Assembly (NCBI GenBank): GCA_051294375.1
Contig: CM119270.1
Coordinates: forward strand, 5,850,027-5,914,026
Direction: 5' to 3'
Length of the DNA stretch: 64,000 nucleotides
Origin: Paraspadella gotoi
Lineage: Eukaryota; Animalia; Chaetognatha
In this document: positions 28,101-37,447 of the stretch, piece after piece
Layout: each line of letters starts with the position of its first letter
Numbering within the stretch: position 1 is the stretch's first letter
Program-made: the position numbers and the translations under genes
The notes under the pieces: generated by a model
What the model was told of the DNA's origin: nothing
The model's database searches: none
The model's input: only the letters and a program-made list of their open reading frames with translations

Positions 28101-28916
28101 TTTTTTTTTAATTTAATTCCAGTTTTTTTTCAGCAACCTTGGCATTTAAAGTTTAAATTTAAACTCACAAACGGATGTGAACCAAAGTGCAACAATACAT
28201 TACAATTTTATGGGTGTAGTTATTTTCTAAAACATAATAATGAGAGAACCAGGGGAAAAATAGAAACAAATTGTACACATTTCGAATTGAGTTTAAGTCG
28301 GGTATAAAATTTGTAGACTTCAATGACTCAGTAATTTCTTGAACAAATACATTTTTTTAGTTATGGATCTTTAAAAATCCTTTTTTTTTATAAATAATAT
28401 TTGGCAAGCAATTTCGGATGTACCAAAATAATTCAGCTAATCAGTGATAGATATTGTAGTAGTAGTTGTAGTTGTAATGATTATAATAATGTTAAAGATG
28501 TTTTAAGTGAACCAAACAAAGTCAACCAAATAAAGTCGAAAACTGACAGACCAAAAATGTCAACTATAGAATCGCGTCTACTGAAAGCAGATCTTATTTA
28601 AAGTAAAAACCAGAAATAAGTTCTTTCATTTTTGAGTAATCTCAAACAAAGAGAGTTTTACTTTTGCTTTTGTAACAAGATAAATTTAGAAAAGTTTCTC
28701 TACGCGTTAAAGGTTTGTTCCACACCCAAATACAAAAATATTTCACCAAAAATCTATTATAGCAATAAAGTATTTCTTTACTGGTTAATAATTTTATGGA
28801 TGATAATTAATATTATTTATTTTAAAATTTAAAATTTTAAGTGTTTTAATTGATATCTAAAAATTCACATCTTTAAAAATAATATTTTTATTATTTACGA
28901 GAAATACGGAAGAAAT

Positions 28917-31900
28917 ATGGAAAAGCAAACATTTCTATTGCAATTAGTTTTGATTTTCACGCTAAAGACGACTTCAGTGGTGAATGGAGGTAAGTCTTCA
29001 ATGAATGAAAACGTTAATGTGTCTCTAATTTAGCTTGAGGTCAAATATGTAACAGAAAAAGCTAACTATAAAATAAATTCTTTTAAATATTTTCCACTTC
29101 ATTGATAGGGAAGCCAGGTACTCTGGGAGTGAATAAACGAGACTGTGAGAGAGTCTTGATTGAAAGCTTGCAGGGACCTGCTATGTCATTATCTTGTAAG
29201 AGTGATGGAAGCCTTAAACCACCAAAGCCTGTCCAAAGTCAGGGGCAAGATAGCTTATTTATTAAATGAATGGATAATTTTTATATTGGTTGTACCAATT
29301 TCATAAGAGAAGAACGAAAAAATTGTATTTTTAATTTATTATTAAATAATTATTAAATATACATGTTTTGATGTAAACATCAAAACCTCGAAATGGTTTT
29401 TTATTAGTTTTGAAAGCAGAAAAAAAGTTTTTCTGAAAAGTTGTGATTTAACTCTTTAAAAAATATTTTAGTAAATTTGCTAAAATTAAAATATACATAA
29501 ATATATATTTTAACACATGATTAAAAAATAGGTTATATCAGAAAAGGTAAAAAACAACTCAATCAAACACCAACTACAACAAAATTCTTTACTTTTTTAA
29601 GGTTTTTCTTCAAGCTTTATATTCTAAAGTTGTTTAATTAACTAAAATAAAAGCAAGTCACATAGCAACCTAGTTTTATGTCAGCATAATTGTTGACAAA
29701 GTTAAGAAATTTATCTTTCTATTTTTTTAGATGTAATCCCTGTAAAACAATATCGTGATGATTACAAATGCGGGCCAGGCTATCCCATTAATGGACAACC
29801 TTCTATTTGTCAATCGAATGGTGAATTTCCTTGCTGTGCCCCCACTGGGTGGTGTGGAAAAACTTCGGCTCACTGCAGCTGCCCAGAATGTATTGATTAC
29901 TCCAAGACACCAGGTCCACCTTTTTTTTTGTCAAAATGTAAAATCAGATAAAATTATCTGATACTGTACTTTTGTGTGTTACTATCTGACTTTTATACTT
30001 TTATACTTTTATACTTTTATACTGTTAGTATATGAGGATCAACTCACTTTTTGTTTGATTTGTTAGTAGATTCATTTCAAGAGTTTTTCTTCAAGCTTAT
30101 ATTCTTAAGTTTTTTGATTTACTAAAAAAAAGCAAATGACAGAGCAACCTAGTTTTATGTCAGCATGATTGTTGACAAATAACAAAATTGACTTTACTAC
30201 ATTTTTAAAGTTAGAAATTTATCTTTCCATTTTTTTAGATGTAAAACAATTTCGTCATGATTACAAATGCGGAGCAGGCTATCCCATTAATGGACAACCT
30301 GCTATTTGTAATCCAAATGGAGAATTTCCTTGCTGTGCCCCCACTGGGTGGTGTGGAAAGACTTGGGCTCACTGCAGCTGCAAGGGATGTGTTGATTATT
30401 CCAAGATAGAAGGTCAGCAGTCAACTAATTTTATTTAATTTTTTTTTTATTTCTATTCCTTAAATATCTAAATTTCTAGTTTTGTTTTAAGACAAAGATA
30501 AAATTACTAGGTACAAATCTTAAAGCAAAACTCAATGAGATAGTGCCAGGGATTGAGCTAGAGACCCTCCCGACAATTTGGAAGCACTAAAAGCAGGCGC
30601 AAGCCGCACCATATAAGGGGCTTAGCCTTGAAGAGACAGTAGTTATTATTATGTGTTAGTGACAGAACCGTTCAATGTAAGCAGTCCCTGAGCTTCAGAT
30701 CAGGCTGTAACACCATGTTACAGGCGGGTTAAGCACCCCGTCTCTCTTAACTGCTAGGCAGCCACCGGGCTAGAACCCCGGACCTTTAGGTTGGGAGGCA
30801 AATGACTTGCCTCCGAAACCAATGGCCGCTGATGAATGGTTGGTGGATTTTACTCCACCATACATCCCCCCTCCTGTAGGGAGAAGTCTGTTGCGTCTCT
30901 TGAGTGAATTGTTGTTGGTGGAAAGTGCATCACCAAGTTGAGGCATGTCGCCTAATGTGTTGTGGGCGGAAAGTGCATCGCCTGGTTGAGGCATGTCGCC
31001 TGAAAGTGTTGTTGTTGCTGTTGTGTTCGGAAGTCGGGCTCACCAATGAAGAGACAGTAATTATTATTTTGTGTTAGTAACAGAACTGTTCAATGAAAGC
31101 CGTCCCTGAGCTTCGAATCAGGCTGTAACACCGTGTTACAGGCGGGTTAAACGCCCCGTCCCTCTTAACTGCTAGGCAGCCACCGGGCGAGAACCCCGGA
31201 CCTTTGGGTTGGGAGGCGAATGACTTGCCTCCGGCTCCAATGGCCGCTGTTGAACGGTTGGTGGATTTTAGTCCACCATAGCCTCTTTAATGATAGGCCT
31301 TTCCTTAAAGATCCGTGGTACTGAGCGTTTCGAGCTAACCAAGCGCCAACTCATCAGGATGTGTTTAAAGTACCATGGAGGTACAGCTGGCACCTACACC
31401 TGTCTCGTGGTCTCATGGTGTGACGGGTGGGGTGGTAGCTGGAGGAAAAATCTCCCAGATCCATGGGGCTACCCAGGAACCATACCGTCATAGGGTATGG
31501 TTAATGGTTATTGCCTCTCCTTTTGTTCACTTCATTATAATACATGTTTTATTAAATTAATATTTACTTCCGTACTATTTATATATATATCTATATATAT
31601 ATTTATTCGGGAATAAAACACTGGTCACATTTTTTACGTTAATAAATCGAAAGTGTAAATCATTATCAAATCATTATCATTATTATTACTTTCAAATAAA
31701 ATCCTTATCATTATTATTATTACCTTCTTTTTTTCATTTAGGAAGGTTAGGAACCATAATGATAATATTTACTTATGATTTTCAATTTTCAATTGCAATG
31801 TCCGCAATGATCCTTAATTATTTGAATTTTATTTTTAGTGCCATTAGTGCAATTAGTCTTGCTCAATACTCATTTATTGTTTAAATGTCATATTGTTTCA

Positions 31901-32320
31901 AATCGTTTAATCTTTTTATCGTCTTAACTGTCAAATTGTCTCTTTTATTTCAGAAAAAAAAAATCTTTTTTTTCATTTAGGAAATGGTGATTCCGCCGAA
32001 CACAAACAATTTCGTGATGACCTTAAATGTGGTCCAAATTATCCGGTCAACGGAAAACCTGCGATTTGTGACCCAGAAGGAAAATATCCGTGTTGCGCTC
32101 CTTCAGGGTGGTGTGGGAACCAATGGGGTCACTGTAAATGCAAAGATTGTATTGATTATTCCAAGGTACCAAAATCAATTTTTCCATCAATAAGTAGTAA
32201 TCTTTGCAAGTTGCAATAATAAAAAAATATTAGTGAAATAAAATTCTTATTGGGTAACAAAATGAATATGGTTTTTTTTAGATTAAGAGGACGTTGGAAG
32301 AAATCTTTGAAGAAATGTAG
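28917..32320 (+). CDS. secreted protein with three tandem hevein-like (ChtBD1/CBM18-type) chitin-binding modules
   Basis: Exons: 28917-28989 (MEKQTFLLQLVLIFTLKTTSVVNG, signal peptide, G|GTAAGT); 29731-29913 (..YRDDYKCGPGYPINGQPSICQSNGEFPCCAPTGWCGKTSAHCSCPECIDY..); 30239-30412; 31981-32165 (..FRDDLKCGPNYPVNGKPAICDPEGKYPCCAPSGWCGNQWGHCKCKDCIDYSK). It ends either in a last exon 32282-32320 (IKRTLEEIFEEM*) or by read-through to the stop at 32219. All phases are compatible and the 8-Cys pattern is conserved. Confidence 0.88.
29091..29305. mobile_element. dispersed repeat family ending in the ATTGGTTGTACCAAT hairpin
   Basis: Near-full inverted copy at ~51143-51350. Terminal fragments at ~1126-1145, 51467-51530 and 59787-59880. 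Confidence 0.7.
30758..30829 (-). other. tRNA-Gly-like (CCC) sequence in the 3' LTR of the TRIM
   Basis: 72 nt. Acceptor stem GCGGCCA/TGGCTGC, T-arm CCGGG-GTTCTAG-CCCGG, loop CTCCCAA. The anticodon stem is unpaired, so it is not a functional tRNA. Confidence 0.6.
31176..31247 (-). other. tRNA-Gly-like (CCC) sequence in the 5' LTR of the TRIM
   Basis: GCGGCCATTGGAGCCGGAGGCAAGTCATTCGCCTCCCAACCCAAAGGTCCGGGGTTCTCGCCCGGTGGCTGC: 72 nt with a 7-bp acceptor stem and a T-arm. Confidence 0.6.
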
Positions 32321-32519
32321 ATAAAGAATGATCATCGAACTTGAAGTTGAACTTTGAAGGAACAATTATACCTACATACCCAGAACGGATGGCACTAATA
32401 AAATCACTCCCATTTCTGTATGTATTTAGATACATTCAATCAGATTGTTTTATTAGTTATAAAAGTCATTGACGTTTTATGTGTATCATTTTCAATTTAT
32501 TAATTGACTTTTTACCTTG

Positions 32520-32833
32520 TGAAATTTGACTTTTTATGAACCACATTAAAGATGGCATCGGAATCAAAACGGATCGGCGACTCGGATGAAATCAACCAAG
32601 GACTCTCTGATTGGATGAATCACCACCGAGAATCAACCAATGGGAAGATGGGCTTCATGCCATCGTGAAAGAGAGCCCACGTCGTTGATCCGTTTACTCT
32701 GTATAAATACTACTATATATACTCACGCCGCTCTTTGCTGATATTCGATACAAGAATAAAATCCACTTTTGGTTTCATGTTGAAATCTCTGTCTACTTAC
32801 TTAAATGTGGTGGCAGCGGTAAGATTCGAACCC
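32520..32833 (+). mobile_element. LTR remnant followed by a tRNA-Leu primer binding site
   Basis: TATAAA and AATAAA motifs, then TGGTGGCAGCGGTAAGATTCGAACCC (32808-32833), complementary to a tRNA-Leu 3' end. The LTR 5' boundary is uncertain and no gag/pol follows. Confidence 0.55.
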
Positions 32834-34687
32834 AATCTTTCACCGAAAATTTTGTAAGTTATAATTAAAAAAAACTATATTTTTAAACCAGAAATTGAAA
32901 ATCGGCGTCTTAAATATAGTTTTTTTCATTTTTAACCAACTTAATGAAATAATTTTTAAAAAAGGAAAATTATACTTTCTTAATTTTTAACGTTTTGCAA
33001 GGAATCCAAATCCGATCTTAAATTTTAAAATTTGAAATTTTAGCCTCTATTATATACTTAATTACTATATTAAATATAGCTCACTGGTGCCCACCTATGT
33101 ATAAATTTTTTTAAAAAATTTACCAAAGTATTTTTATAGGTTTTTTATTTTCATGTTTTATATGGTAAATTTAATTTTTAAAAGTGTATCATTTGCACAT
33201 CACTCTATTGGAACCCAGTGGAGTGATATGAAAAGATTGAGCAATTGAACATTATTTTTTTGCTGCCTATATATAATTAACAAATTTTAAATCCTTTTAA
33301 AATTTTTTTTAGCAAAACAGTATAGTGAATTGAATTATTTATGTAGTAATATTGTTATAAAATCGTTAAATTTTAAAATAATTTTTTTTATTTTTAAGAG
33401 CAGATTTGGATTCGCCATAAAAAACTAAGAATCTTTTATAAAATGTGTTATATGATAATTTAATGTTTGAGTTTTTTGGGTTTTTTTCTGGTTTTCTCGT
33501 TTTTTGTTTCTGTGTAATAAATTTTTAGTTTGTGCCCTCCGTTCTTGGTCTCGGGGTATATGTAGTAGTTTTGGGTTTTAAAACCTAAACTCATTAACCC
33601 CCAATTTTAGCTTTTAAACTTTTTTTTGGTTTTTTGGTTTTTTGGTTCTTTGGTTTTTTGGTTTTAAGCTGCAAGAGGAACAATTTTACAGTTCTGCGCT
33701 TATATGCTTATATATTTTATTTTTTCTGGTTTTCTCTTATTTTGTTTTTTTGTCTTTTTATTTTTTTTTTATTTTTTTTTGGGTTTTTTGATTTTTACTA
33801 GTTTGGACAATATGAAGTTTTCTCTTTCTTTATTTTTTTTTCTTTCTTTCTTTGTCACTTTCTTTCTTTCTAACCTCATATTCATGGTGACAATTTTAAA
33901 TTTTAAAAAGAAGCTGCCATTTGCAAACCCGTAAAAATGTTTTCAATGTTAGATACTAATTTAAAAATAAAAACCAAAACTATTTATGTGTCCAAATTTT
34001 ATATTAATCGACTTTGATATGCCTTAGAAATGATAAGAGAAAGATAGATTTGAAAACTGTGTCTCATTTTTAAACTCTCGCTTTTTATATTTAATTTTTC
34101 TCCCACTATCTGTATGCTTTTTCAAAAAAATGTGAATAAAATAATATTAATATTTTCATCCTCTGACAGCCCTTGCAAATATGAAGAGAATGATGTACAT
34201 ACAAATATCGTACAGGGTTCAGATTCAAAACTTAAAATAGTATTTACCATTAGATTTCAATGGATAATAATTATTTTATTTTTTAATACCTAAGAATAAT
34301 CACTACGGTTTTCTCTTTCTGATATAGGTTTAATTTTTTTAATGCTCGTACAATACACTGCGCTATCTCGAAGAATGCAACGTTAGTTGAATTTGTCCAG
34401 CGCCGGTTTTTTGCCTAAGACCACTACTAAAATATGTTAACGTTCTCTAGCAGTATATTATGATATTTATAAGGTGATTAGGAACAAGAATAACTACTAT
34501 TCGAGGTCGGGAAACCGTGCACTCAAGCCGAGGCGATGAGTGCCATTGTTTATGAGGTGTTGCAGCCTACAATTGTAGCATACCCAAAGCAAACAATATG
34601 CATTAAGGCGTAGTAAAATTTCTAAATTTAACTTTAATTAAAATTCTAAAAGTGAGGAACGAACAACATTATACTAATGAACATTTA

Positions 34688-34699
34688 TAATAAATAATA

Positions 34700-34795
<96 letters not shown>
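34688..34795. repeat. (AAT)n microsatellite
   Basis: Long, nearly perfect AAT run. Confidence 0.95.
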
Positions 34796-34816
34796 TTATA
34801 TTAAATTTTACAATTT

Positions 34817-35192
34817 ACGCAGTAGGCCATATTTATACTAGTTCTAAACCAATAAATGTTAAAATTTCAAAACAGTTTTTTCTAAGATTTTTTGCAGATT
34901 TGGATATGTCATAAAAAGTTGATAAAAAGAAATATAACTCTTTTTGAAAAATTCCTTCATTAAGTAGGTCAAAAATTAGAAAAAGCTATATTTTAAGCTG
35001 AAAATTAACTTTTTATATATTAAATATAGTTTTTTAAATTGTAACCCACTTAATGAAAGAATTTTTAAAAATGATTTATATTTTCTTTTATCAACTTTTG
35101 ATGAGGAATTCAAATCTGTAATAAAAATTAAGAAAAGCCTATTTTGAATTTTTTCAATTTTATAGTACTATATATAAATATAGCCTACTGCG
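34817..35192. mobile_element. foldback MITE with ~185-bp imperfect inverted arms
   Basis: CGCAGTAGGC.ATATTTATA... vs ...TATAAATATAGCCTACTGCG. Related fragments at ~32860-33080. Confidence 0.7.
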
Positions 35193-35778
35193 AAAATTAA
35201 AAAACATAACTAACTGATGGGTAGGTCCATCATCTCTATCTCTCTATGAGTGAAGTCAAAGGAAAAGTCCAAAAAATAGGCAAAAAAAGTATATTCTCTG
35301 AGAGGGAGCTCTCGAGCTGAAGTAGAACCCAAGACAGAACTAAAATCTCTCTCTCTTTGCTCCTTCTGTCGTCGCTCGATGAGGAGGAAGGGAAAGGGAG
35401 GAAAAAAGGCGGAAGAGGAAGAAGAAAAGGTCTCGAGCGAGAATGGGGAAGAGAAATGAGGGAATTCAGTGAAATATACTTATCCCTCTGTCTGCATAAA
35501 ATTTTTTTTTTTACAAATTAATGTTCACTGATGGTATGTTGTTTATAATTGACTTTTAGAATTTTCGAATGTAACTTTCACTACGCCTTAATATGCATTC
35601 TGGTAGCTCATTTCTATGCTAAAAGGAAATTTCGAAATGGAGCAAATAAAAAATTTAATTTATGAATATTTACTGGGACATATTATCTTTACTACCCTAT
35701 GGCCATTAAACTACAGCAGCTTGAGAAGTTATTTTTATTGTTGATTATCAAAAGTAATTTTAATTTAATTTTTTTTTT

Positions 35779-36072
35779 TTAGGGTAGTTTGGGAAGGTTT
35801 GTTATTGAGCCGGTTAGTCGGTAGAGCAGGGAAACTTTATCCTGGGGTAGGAAAAACCTTGGTGAAATCCTGATTGGGCGCCACTCTGAAGGTATGTATC
35901 TATCTGTGGTAATGCTATTTGCCCTCTGCAGGGAAAAGAGGTAAGTAGGGTGATAGTATATATTGTTATTAGGGAAACAGGTACAACAAGGGAAACAAGG
36001 GTACATAAAAGGGGGAGAGGGAAGAAGGAAGGTTCGTGGCCCCGAGACTCTGGTAAGTTGTTGTGAATCCAA
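35779..36072 (-). mobile_element. degenerate non-LTR (LINE) reverse transcriptase fragment
   Basis: The translation has VSGP.., YIPSEWRPIRISP and LYRLTGSITNLPKL, resembling the LINE RT N-terminal motifs SPGPDG / P..WK...I.PI.K / YRPISLL....KL. Confidence 0.5.
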
Positions 36073-36962
36073 TCTCCAAGACCCTTTCCTTGATTCGGGG
36101 ATAAGGAGGAGGGGACGACCAGGGGAGGAGGAGGAAGAGAGGGGGAAGAGAAGACCTGGGGGAGAGAAATGCCCTGACGTTAGAGTGGCGTCTATCTTGT
36201 TAATTTTATTCTGAAGCGGCTACTCTGGCTGAGTTCGATCTCTGTACATAGTCTTGATAAATCAATAACTAATGAAGTTGGGACTCTCTGTATAAAATAA
36301 CAAGTTAATAGCATGGTGCAATCCACTGCAGCATCAGATAAGCGCAACGCAGAGAATAAAAAAAGATTATGTGTCAAAACAGTATTTTTTTATTGTCCTT
36401 ATTAATGATAGCTACCGAGAAGATACTAAATATTCATTAGTAATTTAATGGCAAATGGCATGACCAAAAATAAAATAAAGCGATTTACAACCTACTTTTA
36501 TACAGTCAACAGACACGCAGTCAACAATGATGAAACGGCAATTTAGAAGAATCATCAATATTAGATTGAGTCGACGATAAATGTATAACCACCCACAAAG
36601 GAGATCACCACTCACTTTCGACGCATAAAAACACCATTTAAACACCATTTAAACACCATTTAAACAATTTACTATTTAAAGTGGATTATTAAAAGCTTCG
36701 TCAGAATTACAAAGTTGTAATTGAATCATTTCAATTTGTAAGGTCTACAACTTCGGCATACATTTTTTTATCTTCGCAGGGACAGTTAAGGCACGGCGTA
36801 AAACACGTCACTTTTTTTCTGAATTTAAAAAAAATTGAAAAAGAAAGTGTTTTTTTATAACTTTAAAACAATTAATAATTAATTAATAATTATTTTTAAA
36901 AAATTGAAAAGAAAATGTTTTTTTTTATAACTTGAAAACAAATTAATAATTATGACGTAATC

Positions 36963-37205
36963 TCAAATAAACCTACGTTTTCTGTAGTCGGTGCATGTGA
37001 TGCAATTGCAATGGCTGTACCCATTGCCGCACCATCCATCGTCGCTGCAGCAAGGGAAAACGCCCCCACATATCGATGGCTTTCCATCGACGAGAAAATT
37101 ACCTCCGCAACGGAAGTCGGGCCTGATGAGGCTCGGTTGGGCCACCTTGGGGAGGGAAGGAGTTTGGGCAATGAGAAGAAGTGTGAAAGACAAAAATACA
37201 AGTAG

Positions 37206-37284
<79 letters not shown>

Positions 37285-37285
37285 G

Positions 37286-37320
<35 letters not shown>

Positions 37321-37371
37321 AATAAGGAAAATAATAAAGAAAAAAAAAAGAGAATATAAAAATAAAAATTA

Positions 37372-37447
<76 letters not shown>

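Larger units (their letters stand above)
30629..31278 (-). mobile_element. TRIM (terminal-repeat retrotransposon in miniature) with tRNA-like segments in both LTRs
   Basis: Two 232-bp direct repeats (30629-30860 and 31047-31278) with TG..CA ends and flanking TAGCCT duplication. Minus-strand PBS TGGTGAGCCCGAC (one mismatch to the tRNA-Trp PBS TGGTGACCCCGAC) and PPT AGGAGGGGGGA next to the other LTR. 186-bp non-coding interior. Confidence 0.88.
34607..35587. mobile_element. Kolobok-like non-autonomous DNA transposon
   Basis: TTAA|GGCGTAGT.AAA...TTT.ACTACGCC|TTAA. TTAA target duplication with purine (GG) termini is the Kolobok rather than the piggyBac pattern. Contains (AAT)n and an internal foldback. 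Confidence 0.6.

Noticed and set aside
30758-31247. Two functional tRNA-Gly genes
   Set aside because: The anticodon and D stems do not pair, the T-loop is non-canonical, and both copies lie inside LTRs.
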